A DNA stretch of 64,000 bases from the NCBI RefSeq assembly GCF_009914755.1, contig NC_060928.1, one strand, 5' to 3'. This stretch comes from the human T2T-CHM13v2.0 reference genome, Homo sapiens. A model generated the notes under the pieces. That model had not been told where the DNA came from, did no database searches, and saw only the letters and a list, made by a program, of their open reading frames with translations. Below are positions 49,853 to 64,000 of this stretch, piece after piece. Each line of letters opens with the position of its first letter. Position 1 is the stretch's first letter. A program made the translations under genes and the position numbers.

Positions 49853-50162
49853 TGTTTTTTTTTTTCTTTTCTTTTCTTTTTTATTTTTTTTTCTGTGAGT
49901 CAGAATCTCGCTCTGTCGCCCAGGCTGGAGTGCAGTGGCGCGATCTTGGCTCTCTGCTTGCTCCACCTCCCGGGTTCATGCCATTCTTCTGAGTAGCTGG
50001 GACTACAGGTGCCCACCACCACGCCAGGCTAATTTTTTGTATTTTTAGTAGAGACGGGGTTTCATCGTGTTAACCAGGACGGTCTCGATCTCCTGACCTC
50101 GTGATCTGCCCGCCTCGGCCTCCCAAAGTGCTGGGATTACAGGCGTGAGCCACCGCGCCCTG
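49853..50162 (-). mobile_element. AluY-like; a short plus-strand Alu 3' fragment follows at ~50223-50275
   Basis: Reverse Alu body with a small internal deletion. Confidence 0.88.
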
Positions 50163-50803
50163 CCCTGTTTCTTTTTTTTTTTTTCCTCTAACAAAGCTGG
50201 TGTCTACAAGTATTCATGATGGTGCACTCCAGCCTGGGCAACAGACCAAGACTCCGTCCCCAAAAAACCCCAAAACCTTGATTTATCAATAGCAAAATGG
50301 TAAACTCCGGCATGTTAACTTCAATTTAAACATGAGTTGTAGTAATGTCCAAAATAACCCATCTTATTCCCAGTGACTCTGGCCACATTTCTTTGGACCT
50401 GATTCCTGCTCTGGTAAGACCTGTATTAAGTGAATGTTAATATGCCCACCAGGACTCCTTTGCGGAGCCATTTTTGTGTATCTAATTTTGTTTATTTAAA
50501 TCATTTCCAGAAGCAGTTTTTTGCTTAAGCCATGGCATTTTCTGGTATCTCTGTGTGTTTTCAAAGTAGTCCTCAGCTTCATGCTTTGGTGGACTGGATC
50601 AGTCAATGGATAGCCCCTAAATGTATATATAAGGTTGATCCGTGGATCCTGAGACACAGGGGAAAGAAAAAATATATTGCATGAGAATGATGCAGCAAGA
50701 ATTTCAGGATGGAGACTCTGTATGTCAGGCCTGAGGGATGCAGATTGATGGTGACCATAATTAATGTTCTATACATGATATAAACTGTTTCTGGGAGCTA
50801 ACA

Positions 50804-51167
50804 TGTAGTTTATTTGGGCTGCTATAACAAAATACCATAAACAAGGTGGCTTATAAACAATCAACATTTATTTCTCATAGCTCTAGAGGCTAGGAAGTCC
50901 AAGATCAAGGCACTGGCAAATTTGGTGTCTGATGAGGGCCCACTTTCTGGTTCATAGATGGTGCCTTTTCACTGTGACCTCATATAGTGTAAGGGGCTAG
51001 CTAGCTCTCTGGGGTCTCCTTCTATAATGACACTAATCTCATTCATAAGAGCTTTGTCCTTATAATCCAATCACCTCCCCAAGACCCCACCTCCTAATGC
51101 CATCACCTTGGGGTTTAGGATTTCAACATATAAATTTTGAGAGATTACAAACATGCAGACCATAGCA
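50804..51167 (-). mobile_element. MLT1A-like MaLR LTR
   Basis: ttgggctgctataacaaaataccataaac...catgcagaccatagca. Confidence 0.8.
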
Positions 51168-51555
51168 TCACATGACCTATCTGGCAGGGAATGGGGTAGA
51201 AGCAAGAAGCTAGGGACCCTCTTTGTGTGGGGATCTTTGGACCTGGTGGATTTTTCATACCTCATGGACCACAGTCTTGGAGGATACCAGGAAGACACAC
51301 CTAGCAGTAGCCTACGAATCTGTCATTCTTTTGTCCTTTTTGAGGCCCTGTGAAGCTTGTGATTACAAATAATCTGCATTTATGAGATCAATTTCATAAT
51401 CCGTTCACAAACTCACCTGTGCTTCTCCTGAATCTAGGCCTAAGACACAAAATTTGTATGTTCAAACAACTTGTACTTTTGGGTGTTATCTGAAACCTTC
51501 AGTCACCCTTTTTTATGTCAGTTTTGACACTGTTCCCATAATTGTCTATGGAATA

Positions 51556-54508
51556 CAGGCATACCTCATATTTTGGGTTCAGTTCCAGACCACTGCAATG
51601 AAGCAAATGTTGCAATAAAGTGAATCACATGAATTTTTTGGTTTCCTAGTGCATGTAAAAGTCATGTTAACACTATAGTCTATTAAGTGTGCAATAGCCT
51701 TATGTCTAAAAAAAGCAATGTACATTCTTAATTTAAAAAATATGGGCCAGACACAGTGGCTCACACCTGTAATCCCAGTACTTTGGGAGACCTAGGTGAG
51801 TGGATTGCAAGAGCCTAGGAGTTTGAGACGGCCTGGGCAACATGGTAAAATCCCATCTCTACAAAAATAGAAAAATTAGCTGGGCATGGTGGTGTGCACC
51901 TGTGGTTCCAGCTACTTGGGAGGCTGAGGCAGGAGAATCACTTGAACCTGGGAAGGTCGAGGCTGCAGTGAGCCCTGATTGTGCCACTGCACTCCAGCCT
52001 GGGTAACAGAGTGAGAATCTGTCTCAAAAAAAAAAAAAAAAAAAAAACTGCCAGGTGCAGTGGCACGTGTCTGTAGTCCCAGCTACTCAGGAAGCTGAAC
52101 CAGGAGGATCCCTGGAGCCCAGGAGTTTGAGACCAGCCTGAACAACACGGTGAGACCCCATCTCAAAAAAATTTTACCTGATTGCTAAAAAATACTAACA
52201 ATCATCTGAGCCTTTAGTAAGTCATAATCTTTTTGCTGGTGGAGGATCTTGCCTCAATGTTGATGGCTGCTGAATGATCAGGGTGGTGGTTGCTAAAGGT
52301 TGGAGTGGCTGTGGTAATATCTTATAGTAAGACAATGAAATTTGCTGCATCAATTGACTCTTCCTTTCATGAAAGATTCTCTGTAGCATGAGATGCTGTT
52401 TGATAGCATTTTACCCACAGTAGAACTTCTTTCAAATGTGGAATCAATCCCCTTAAACCCTGCCACTGCTTTATAAACTAAGTTTATATAATATTCTAAA
52501 TTATTTGTGTCATTTCAACAGTGTTCACAGTATCTTCACCAGGAGTAGATTCCATCTCAAGAAACCATTTTCAAGCTGAGTATGGTGGTACATACCTGTA
52601 GTCCCAGCTACTTGGCAGGCCGAGGTGGGAGAACTGCTTGAACCCAGGAGTTTGAGATTAGCCTGAGCAACATAGCGAGACCCTGTCTCTAAAAAAACAA
52701 CAACAACAACAACAAAAAAACTTTCTTTGCTATTCCATAAGAAGCAAGACTTCATGCTTTACAGTTTTATCATGAGATTACAGCAGTTCTGTCCCATCTT
52801 CAGACTTGTCTTCCAAATCTAGTTCTCTTGCTATTTACACATTTGCAGTAACTTCCTCCACTGAAGACTTGAACCCCTCAAAGTCATCCTTGAGGATTGG
52901 AATTAACTTATTCCAAACTTCTCTTAATGTTGATATTTTTACCTCCTTTCATTAATCACAAATGTTCTTAATGGCATCTAGAATGGTGAATCCTTTCCAG
53001 AAGGTTTTCAATTTAGTTTGCCAAGATCCATCAGAGGAATCACTATCTATGGCAGCTACAGCCTTACAAAATGTGTTTCTTAAATAATAAGACTCAAAAG
53101 TCAAAATTACCCCTTGATCCATGGCTTATATAATGGGTATTGTGTTAGCAGGCATGAAAACATTAATCTCCTTGTACATCTCCATCAGAACTCTTGGGAA
53201 ACTAGGTGCATTGTCAATGAGCAGTAATATTTTGAAAGGAGTCTTTTTTTTCTGAGAAGTAGGTCTCAACAGTGGGCTTAAAATATTTAGTAAACCAAGC
53301 TATCAGTAGAGGTGCTGTCATCCAGGCTTTGTGGTTCCACTTTTGGAGCACAGGCACAGTAGATTTAACGTAATTCTTAAGGGCCGTAAGATTTTTGCAA
53401 TAGTAACTGAGCACTGTCTTCAACTTAAATTCACCCCTAACAGAGAGTCAGCCTGTCCTTTGAAGCTTTGAAGTCATTGACTTCTCCTCTCTAGCTAGGA
53501 AAGTCCTAGATGGTATCTTCTTCTTCTGATAGAAGCTGTTTCATCTACATTGAAAAACGCATTGTTTAGTGCAGCCACCTTCATCAGTGACCTTCGCTAG
53601 ATCTTCTGGATAACTTGCTGTAACTTTTTCATCAGGACTTAATGCCTTACCTTGTACTTTTATGTTATGGAGATCGTTTCTTTTCTTAAACCTCATAAAC
53701 CAACCTCTGGTAGCTTCACACTTTTCTTCTGCAGCTTCCTCACCTCTCTCATCTTTCATGGAATTGAAGTGGGTTAGGGCCTTGCCCTGGATTAGGCTTT
53801 GGCTTTAGAGAATGTTGTGGCTTGTCTGAACTTCCATCCAGGCCACTCAAACTTTCTCCATAGCAGCAATAAGACTGTTTTGCTTTCCTATAATCATGTG
53901 TTCCCTAGAGTAGCACTTTTAATTTCCTTCAAGAACTTTTTCTTTACATTCACAACTTGTCTAACTGGTGCAAGAGGCCTAGCTTTTGGCCTGTCTTGGC
54001 TTTTGACATATTTTCCTCATTAAGCTAATCATTTCTAGCTTTTGTTTTAAAGTGAGAGATATGAGATTCTTCCTTTCACTTGAGCACTTAGAGGCCATTG
54101 AATGGTTATTAATTGGCCTAATTTCAAATACTGTGTCTCAGGGAGTAGGGAGGTCCAAGGAGAGGGAGAGAGATGGGCCAGTCAGTGGAGCAGTCAGAAC
54201 ACAACATTTATCAATTAAGTTTGTCATCTTATATGGGCATGGTTTGTGTTACCTCAAAACAATAACAATATTAATATCAAAGATCACTGATCACAGATCA
54301 CTATAACAGATATAATAATAATGAAAACATTTAAAATACTGCAGGAATACCAAAATGTGACCCAGAGTCATGAAATGAGCACATACCGTTGGAAAAATGG
54401 GACTAATAGACTTGCCTAATGCAGGGTTGCCACAAATCTTCAATTCATAACAAATGCATTATCTTTAAAGTGCAATAAAGCAAATCACAATGCGATGAGG
54501 TGTACCTG
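51556..54508 (-). mobile_element. Near full-length Tigger1 DNA transposon with decayed transposase and nested Alus (51745-52170, 52575-52720)
   Basis: TIRs caggcatacctc ... gaggtgtacctg; ORF fragments [24 protein letters not shown]...[10 protein letters not shown] and [24 protein letters not shown] are Tigger1/TIGD1-type transposase. Confidence 0.92.
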
Positions 54509-54579
54509 CATTCACTTACACACATACCACAGTTTTCATTGTAGAGATTTAGAACTGCCTCGAGAACCATGCATAGCTA

Positions 54580-55915
54580 TCTCATTCGTTTATTCAACCT
54601 GCACTATTTATTGAGCAGTACTATGTGTCAGGTATTGTATTTGAGTAGGTGGTGAACAAACATTTTCTATCCTAGGGAGTTCACAGGGAACTGGGAGAAA
54701 CAGGCCATGAAAAAGTAGGTATGTGTAAATAGAGAAATGTTTCAATAATAGTGCCAAAAAGAAAAATTGGTAAGGGGTGGAGTAATGGGGATGGGAGTGT
54801 ACTACTTTGCACTGTGCAGCCAGCCAGGATAACTTTTCTAAGGAAATAACATTTTCTTAGAGATATAAAAGAAATAAGGGAAGGAACCATGGGTTTTGCA
54901 GTGGAAGAGCCGTTAGGTAGAGGTAACAGCAAATGCAAAGGGTCTGAGGAACAGGAATGTTTGTCTTATTCAAGGTATAATTAGGGCAGTAGCAGTAGCG
55001 GTATTGTTACTTGTAGAGGGTCTTGACTGCAAGTTGTTGAGGCTCTTGGCATTTCAAACAAAGAATTGAACAAAACGCATAGCAAAGCAAGGAAAGAATG
55101 AAGCAATGAAAGCAGAGATTTATTGAAAATTAAAGTACACTCCATAGTGTGGGAGCCGGCCGAGCAGCAGCTCAAGGACCCTGATACAGATTCTTCTGGG
55201 GTCCAGATACCCTCCTAGAAGTTTCCCATTGGTCACTTGGTGTTCATCCCCTGAAAATGAAGTGATGGCTTGCAATCAGTCTGACTGGTTGCTGCTTACA
55301 ACCAATCAGAGGTTGAAGTGAAGTTACAAAGGTTACACCCCTATGCAAACATCTGATTGGTTGCGGAAAGCAACCAATCAGATGCTAAAGTGAAGTTACA
55401 AACTTGCACTCTTACGCAGATGAAGACTTGGCCTGCAATCAGTCTGATTGGTTGCTGTCTGCCACCAATCAAAGGCTGAAGTGAAGTTACAAAGTTACAC
55501 TCCTATGCAACCAATCAGAGGTACTTTCAATTTTCCATGTGTCACGCAGAAAAGGAGGTTTGCAAAGGGAGTAGTCTCTGGTCCTTTTGTTACTTACGTG
55601 TGGAAAGTTGGTGGGGGTGGGGGGATTCCTTTTGATTTAGTTCTAGAAAGTCAGGGTGAAATGGCCTTAGGTTCCCTGCCTCCAGACCCTATCTCCTGCC
55701 TCAGTGTGAGGTGTCAGGATGGTGGCAGGAATGGGATGGCAGTGGGTGGGAAGGAATATCTTTAGGACATCAAAGATTGAGGGGTAGCAGGAGTCCAGAA
55801 CAAGTTGGGCAAGGCATGGATTTTGGATTTTAATCTCTGTGTGATGGGAAGCCATTGGAGGGTCTTGAGCCAGGTGTGACATGATTTGATCTGTTTTATT
55901 TCAGAGATCTTGGTG
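54580..55915 (-). mobile_element. L2 fragment split by a MER51 LTR
   Basis: cattcgtttattcaac...tatttattgagcagtactatgtgtcagg at the left; L2 text resumes after 55704. Confidence 0.65.
55005..55703 (-). mobile_element. Solo MER51-type (ERV1) LTR with internal CCAAT-containing tandem units
   Basis: Minus strand begins tgaggcaggagatagggtctggaggcagggaacctaaggcc and ends ...gtaaca; near-TSD gtat/gtgt. Confidence 0.85.
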
Positions 55916-55959
55916 GTGGCAGAGACCTTAGCTGTTGGGCTGGGGTTGGTTGCTACTAG

Positions 55960-56342
<383 letters not shown>

Positions 56343-56848
56343 GATTTTTTTTTTTAAAGAAAGATTTCCACAACTTTAAAAACTTTGGAAAATCACTGTT
56401 TTATATTGCCGGTTATATTTATTAAAACCAGTGGGAGGTGGAAAAATTAAAGTGATAGGAAATAATTATTTCATAAATTTTACTCCATTGAGACAAAGAT
56501 GGAAACCACAATAGGGCAAGAGGTGGTAAATCTTAACCTCAGCTGGACCATCTGTGTTTAAGCTAGTTGAATTCTTCTTTTGTGTTAACTAGAAAGGAAA
56601 AGGGCAAAATTAAAGATGAGGATCATTTGGGAATTTATAGTACTTTTTAGTTGGATGGAAATAGAAGTCTGTTCAAAGTGGTGTATTATTCACACCCATC
56701 TTTCAGAACATGTTGTATAGTCAAGCCAGCATTTCTTGTACAATGCAAAACTGAGGTTGAAAAGCATATATTGTAAATTTATTTACCATTTTAAGTGAAA
56801 CTTTTTATTTTTGCTTCTTTCCCTTTGCATTACATTGGTGAATGGGAA

Positions 56849-56925
56849 ATATATATATATACACATATATATGTGTATATATATGTGTATATGTTTATAT
56901 ATATGTATGTATATGTATATATATA
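56849..56925. repeat. (TA)/(TG) compound microsatellite
   Basis: atatatatatatacacatatatatgtgtatatatatgtg... Confidence 0.9.
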
Positions 56926-58369
56926 AAATGTTTGAATTTTTAAGAATTGATATTGTTAGAAGTTTTCATGAATCTTAAAATTCTTTACTCCACAGGGGCA
57001 TTACCTTATTAAGTTGTTGCCTGACATTTATTCAATGACGACAATGTGCTAGGGCTTTGATTTTAAATATGATTTATTTTAAAATTATCTTAAAATGATT
57101 TTTAAAAATAGGATTTATTTAAAAATCATTATTCCTTTAAAACTCAAAACCTCGTCCTATTCCAGCAGATGTAGCTAAAACAACAACAACAACAAAACAA
57201 CCTCAAAACTTCAGTAAAATTATGTGAATGCTCTATGTTGAGCATTTTGCATGCATTTACTCTTTTAATCCCCACAACAACTCCAAAACCTGGCATTATT
57301 TTACCGATTTCATAGGTAAGGAAACTGAATCACAGATAGTGAAGCAGTTGACTCAGCGTCATAAAGCAAATGGAAGAGCTGAGCTTGGCAGGTGGATCTT
57401 TTGGTTTCAAGGCCTGCTCTTTGGCTGCTGTGGGGAAGGGAAACCATCATCCAGGGTGCGGAAGGAAGGTGGTTTATCTGGAATGATCTAGGTGGAAGTC
57501 TACATCTAGGTAGCGAAGAGAAATTTCATATCCTTTACCCCTTCTGTGAAAACACATCTACTTTATACTTGAGCCCATCGTCTGGCCACCCCACAGAAAC
57601 TGTTCCTAATGCTGTGAATTACAGAACTTTAATTTATTTGCATTTCTGTGTTCTTTTGGGAATGGATTTACTACTTGAAATATATATATTTTTAATTACA
57701 TAATAAAACTTCAAAACTTTGATATCCATAAAATAATATAAGTGGTGCTTTTCAGCAAAGTGTGTTTCTGGATGTGAATCCCTGATTATAAGATATTTAT
57801 TAAAGTCTTTTTTCTTCTCAAGGAATGGAAAGTCTAGGAATATTAATCCTTAGGATGATCACTAATAAATTTATTTTGTAGTTCTGAACACATAAAAGCT
57901 TTGTCTGTACTCTTTGGATATTAAAGTGTAAAAAAATTGTAATTGATTAAAAGTTGGATATTGACACTAAACGGGAAGAAACTGACATAATTTATGTGAA
58001 TGTGCTTAGGTCACTTACAATGCATTCCATAAATGATAATGGAATCTAAAGATCTTCAGCTGGAGAAAATGAGGCTAAGGAGGAACTTAAATGGCCAAGT
58101 TTGTCTTCAGTGTGTTCTCTTTGCCTTCTTGCTCTTTCTGTCTCTCTGTGTTGCTCTCCCTTACTCTGAAAAAAATAAAGGCAGTAGGGTAACAAACAAC
58201 ATTTCGGAAAAGTAGGATTAAAAGTGTAGTCTTAACTCAGCAGATTTTAAAACATATTGTAAGTTTACAAATATTCAAACAGTACTTGGCCAACAATTAG
58301 GCAGCAGATGATGAATCAGACTAGAAGGTCAAATAACAGACTTGCTTCTCATTAATAAAGGGAAACATA

Positions 58370-59130
58370 ATCAATTTGGGAGAGACTGGATGGATTATTC
58401 AAAAACTAATTTTTGTATAATTTTCTAATTACTTAGAAAAGAAGAAGACCAAAGTATTCCCTCACTGCCTATGTCAAAATAAATTCTATGTAGATTAAGA
58501 TTTTAACGTAAAAACAAAATTCCATAAAATACTAGAACAAAAATGATAATCTTAGGATGACATAGAGGTTTTCAAAGCATAATTCTAAAGCAGAAATAAG
58601 AAGGGTTGGCTGATTTTATTAAATTTTAACTAAGAACTTCTGTATGATTAAAGATATAATACCCAATTGAAAGGTTTATAAACTTGGACCAAAATGTGCA
58701 GTCATATATAAAGAGTTAATAACTCTATTAAATAGAAAGGACTTACAAATAGAAAAGGTCATCACCCCAAGATCATAAGTGAAGCACATGAATAGACAGT
58801 TCACTGAAGAAACATAACTGTTTAGTAATTATTTAAAAAAAACACCTTTAATGTCACAATTAATCAAATACATACATAGTGAAACAAAGAAGTGCCTTTT
58901 TTTTCATATTAGACTTTCAGAGATTACAAAGCACCCCAAAAGTCCTGAGTAGGGTATAGGGAAATTGGCATGAGAGGGTTATACTTTTCTGGTAAAAAAA
59001 TTTAGCAATGGGCATCAGAAACTGAAAATGTTTATAGCTTTGGAGCCAGTTGTTTCACTTAAAGTATTTACTCTAAGGAAATCACTGGAAATACAGACAA
59101 AAACTTTTGTACAATAATATTAGTTATGGC
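58370..59130 (+). mobile_element. Highly diverged L1M(E) ORF2 fragment
   Basis: aaataaattctatgtagattaagattttaacgtaaaaa, catgaatagacagttcactgaagaaa and similar resemble old L1 ORF2 3' region. Confidence 0.6.
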
Positions 59131-59213
59131 ACTAACAATAAAATATTTAATGCTATAGGAAATTGCTTATGATAAAATTATAAGTAAACAAAGATGATCT
59201 CAATTTTGATTAA

Positions 59214-59610
<397 letters not shown>

Positions 59611-60917
59611 AACTTCAGACAAATTTAAAGCAAATCATCTTTGGTAGGCTACCTAGTTAAATGGTCAACCTTTGGTGCTGCAGTGTGAGTGAGTTCGTGT
59701 ATCTTTTCCTTTGTAGCTAAGGGAAGGGCCATTGACAAGGTAATGAGGGAGGGGCAGATCTAGGCAGGCTGCTTTATCCTCTGAGCACTTTTGCTTTTGT
59801 GGGCCGCCTCCTCCAAACAACAACAAAAAATCAAAAGTTATATTTTACAACCGTGTTGGCATATAGATCAGTATAATCCAGGCTGAGTTATATTTATTTT
59901 TTCTTCTGATTTTAAAATAAATTAATTTAAAACCTTTTTGTGGACTCCTAAAAGGAGGATGGCCTAGGCGCTGTACTAACCAGGCCATGTGGAGTAGTTG
60001 GCTGTGGGCCCAGGTGGGAGGCTCAGGGACAGGCCAGGGGTTGAGGAGATACCACAGTGGAGGGGTAGGATTCTAGAAGGCAGGATGGAACAATGCCATC
60101 TACTCCGTCAGTGGCCTTGAGCAGCTGTTGTTTATTGTGCATCCTTGTGAGAACAATCAAATTTCAGGTTACTAGGGAGTCGTTGTCAAACCCTGCTCTC
60201 ATTTGTGCGTCACATTTCCAAGTCCTTTTATGGGAAGGCATGTTAGAAATCTCTGTGACTCTCTGTTTGGGGGTAAGAGGGCTTAACAAGAGGCAAGGTG
60301 ACTCCCAGGTTTCTGACAAGGGCATCCGGGTCAGTGGTGGGACCATTCTCCAATGTATAGGTCATGGAGGAAAATTTCTATTTAGATTATTTGAATTGTA
60401 GGTGACTTGAGCACATGGAGGAGGTGGGAAATAAAGCCCTGGGGATGTTCTAGAACTCAGGGGAGAGGTGTATCCTCGATTGGTGGACTTAGGACATCCA
60501 TGGGCAGGAAGTGCCTGATACCATGAGCATGGATGAGTGAAGGGAGGTGGCAGGAGCCAGGATTCCCGGAACACTTTCAGAAGATGTGGCCAAGGAGACC
60601 TGGCAGCAGAGAAGAGGAAAACCTCAAGATAGTAATGCTGACACCAAGAAAGGATGCAGTTTCTGAAGAAGGATGTGATTTGCAGTTTCAAAAGCCATAC
60701 GGAGGTTTATCAAGATCAAGATTAAAAAGTAAGATGATTTAAAAGTTAAGCAGCTGTTGCTGAACTTACTGAGAACATTTGGTGCCAAGCCAGATTAAAG
60801 TGTGTTTAGGAATAAATGGACAGAGAAATAAAGAGAAAAGGTGCTCTTTTCAGAAGCTGGCTGTGAAAGGGAAGAAAGTATCAAGGTTATAGTAAATGTT
60901 ACTATTCTTTAGCTTTA

Positions 60918-61651
60918 TAGTCACGTACTGCATGACGACATCTCAGTCAGTGACAGACCACATATAAAACATTGGTCCCATAAGATTATAATACTGTATT
61001 TTTACGGTACCTTTTTATGTTTGATATGGTTTTCTGTGTCCCCATCAAATCTCATGTTGAATTGTAATCCCCATTGTTGGAGGTGGGGCCTGGTGGGAGG
61101 TGATTGGCTCATGGCGGTGGTCCTTCATGAATGGTTTTAGCACCATTTGCTGCTGTTCTCATGATAGTGAGTTATTGTGAGATCTGGTTATTTAAAAGTG
61201 TGAGCACCTTCCCCATCTCTCTATCTCATCTCTCTCATGGCTGCAGCCTTGTGAGACGTGCCTGCTTCCCCTTCACCTTCCGCCATGATTGTAAGTTTCC
61301 TGAGGCCACCCCAGTAGCAGAAGCCATTATGCTTCCTGGACAGCCTCCAGAACCATGAGCCAATTAAACCTCTTTTCTTTATAAATTACCCAGTTTTGGT
61401 AATTGCTTTATAACAATGGGAGAACAGACTAATATAATATTTAAATATACAAATACTTATGATTTGTTACAGTTGTCTGCAGTATTCAGTACAGTCACCT
61501 GCGGTACAGGTTTGCAGCTTAGATACCGTAGGCTGTATTATATAGCCTAGGTGTGTAGCGGACTCTACATTTAGGTTTGTGTAAGTACGATTAAATCACC
61601 TAATGATGCATTTCTCAGAACATATCCTCATCCTTAAGTGACGCACGACTG
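60918..61651 (+). mobile_element. Tigger3a-like (MER7/Golem) element with a nested MSTA LTR at 61022-61436
   Basis: Ends tagtcacgtactgcatgacgac ... ttaagtgacgcacgactg; inner tgatatggttttctgtgtcccc...cagactaatata is an MST/THE1-type LTR. Confidence 0.8.
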
Positions 61652-61705
61652 CATTTATAAGAAAGGAGACGGAAGAGTATGTTTGTATGTTGAAGATTAT
61701 GAAAG

Positions 61706-62163
61706 TGCGTGGGTTGAATGGTGTCACCCAAAATTCATTTGTTGAAGTCTTAACCCCTGGTACCTCAGAATATGACCTTATTTGGAAATAAAGTCTTTGC
61801 AGATGTGATTAGTTGAGATGAGGTGAAACTGGAATGGGGTAGGCCTCTAATTCAACATGACTGCTGTTCTTATAAAAAAGAAAAATTTGGACACAGACAT
61901 GCAAACAGAGAGAAGGCCATATGAACATGAAGGCAGAACTCAGAGTGATGTGTCTAGAAGCCAAGGAAGGCCAAAGATTGCCAGCAACCACCAGGAGCCA
62001 GGAGAGAGGCCTGGAAGACACCCTTCCCTGGCACCTTCAGAGGGAACTTGGCCTTGCTGATGTCTTGATTTTCTTTTAGTCTCCAGAACTGTGAGACAAT
62101 ACATTTCTGATGTTTAAGCCACTCCATTTGCAATACTTTGTTACAGCAGCCCTAGCCAACTAT
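61706..62163 (+). mobile_element. MLT1C-like MaLR LTR
   Basis: gggttgaatggtgtcacccaaaattca...ttgttacagcagccctagccaacta. Confidence 0.8.
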
Positions 62164-62285
62164 GAGAGAGAGAGAGAGAGAGACTTCTGAATAAATCCCA
62201 ATTCTTAGGCTCTAACTAAGTGGGGTTGTTGGTGCAGCGAGCTGCTTAGTGACCACCATAGGAAATGGGTTAAAGACGACGTGGA

Positions 62286-62581
62286 GGCCAGGCGCGGTGG
62301 CTCAAGCCTATAATCCCAGCACTTTGGGAGGCCGAGGCGGGCAGATCACGATGTCAGGAGATCGAGACCATCCTGGCTAACACAGCGAATCCCCGTCTCT
62401 ACTAAAAATACAAAAAATTAGCCAGGCGTGGTGGCGGGCGCCTGTAGTCCCAGCTACTCAGGAGGCTGAGACAGGAGAATGGCGTGAACCCAGGAGGCGG
62501 AGCTTGCAGTGAGCGAAGATCGCACCACTGCACTCCACCCTGGGCAACAGGTCGAGACTCCGTCTCAAAAAAAAAAAAAAA
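62286..62581 (+). mobile_element. AluY-like
   Basis: Full dimer with poly-A. Confidence 0.92.
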
Positions 62582-63743
62582 GAATACATGGAAATGTCAG
62601 CACACTAGACTAGGTACCTATTAAGAGGGTCACATCCAGTTTTTTAGTTGTATCTCTTCAACCTAGAAGTCATTGCTACACACTGCCTGCTGGAGACAAA
62701 AATCATTGTGAGCTTTTTAAAAAAATGGATCACTTCTCTATTACATAAGTTCAATAGAATCTAACATCGCAAGGCATAGTTCATAGTGCTCTCAGAGCCA
62801 ACAGTTACAGTAACTTGGCAATATAAATCTTGGTAGTATTGACAGAAAGTGTTTATATAGATATTTCCAAATACCTCAACTTAGGCAGAAAAGTAGGAGT
62901 GAAAAATTAACAAATTGCACTCAACAATAGTTTAACAAATTGATTTCCACTAATATGAAAATGAAAAAAGATTCATATCTTGGGTGAATATTAATTTGTA
63001 TGTTCTTTATAGAGGGTCAAATTCATCTTTAGGGTGAAATACATAAATCAACCCAATAAAAACTATATATATCAAGAAGAGCTAGAAATTTGTTCCCTGA
63101 AATGAAGCTTTTGCTTACTTCTAACTTGATCTTCATTTATTTGTTTTTTGAGAGCAAATGCATCATCAGACAATTGCTATCTTATTCACTTTGTAAATGA
63201 TTTTAGATGATGTTGATTGTGCTAAAGGGATATAAGTTATATGGTAAATGGGAGAAAGGCTGTTTTTTGTTTATGGATTGCCTAGGATAAGTGGATATAA
63301 GACGTGGGAACGTTCGATGATGGAGTGTGGTGTGAGGAGAAGGAGAAAGTAGGAAAGAGGCAGTAAATGGACAACTTAAGCTGTGTGGCCTTGGGTAAAC
63401 CTTTCAGGCCCATTTCCTGCTCTCTAACAGAGTTAGTAAGACCTAGCTCACTGTTGTATGTGAAAGCACCTGGAAGAGTGTCTGAGGCAAAGTCAAAGCA
63501 CAATTGATGTTAGTGGTGTCTCTTTTAGATCGGGATTTGCAGTGAGAAGCAACGTGGTGGAGTGAGAAACCTGGATTTTGGTACACACTGATCTGGAAGC
63601 AAATTTCAGCTTAGCTTCTTGCCAGTGTGTGGTTGACTGTTAATCAGTTAGTGAACTTCCCTGAGCTTCGTTTTCTTCATCTTATGATTTTGTAAGGTTT
63701 TATGGTGATTCAATGAGATAACATAAAGCATCTGGCATTGTGA

Positions 63744-64000
<257 letters not shown>

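Overview
Human (primate) genomic DNA containing the 5' half of BEND4 (BEN-domain protein 4, formerly CCDC4) on the minus strand. It includes a ~2.3-kb CpG island/promoter (~26570-28900), three coding exons whose GT-AG boundaries and phases I checked by hand (28079-27593, 19930-19364, 1610-1519), and ~35 kb of upstream sequence. The BEN-domain exons lie beyond the left edge. The rest is typical repeat-rich DNA: about 30 Alus, L1/L2/MIR fragments, a near full-length Tigger1, and solo LTRs (LTR17/HERV-W, MER21A, MER51, MLT2, MLT1, MSTA). I see no prokaryote-style multi-gene system, and most ORF-track entries are repeat or GC-content artefacts. The best candidate for undescribed biology is the translational architecture of the BEND4 5' end. 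An out-of-frame AUG opens a 208-aa ORF that overlaps the CDS and reads a 5'UTR (GGC)6 as poly-Gly, while upstream AUGs could splice in frame to give an N-terminally extended BEND4. Other notable items: a symmetric, stop-free 567-nt exon flanked by inverted Alus (possible endless-ORF circRNA), a BC200 RNA retrocopy, a tiny poly(A)-tailed non-TE retro-insertion with TSDs, a 38-bp-arm hairpin, a co-oriented HERV-W solo LTR, and several local duplications. Repeat subfamily names come from memory of consensus sequences, and repeat boundaries are approximate.
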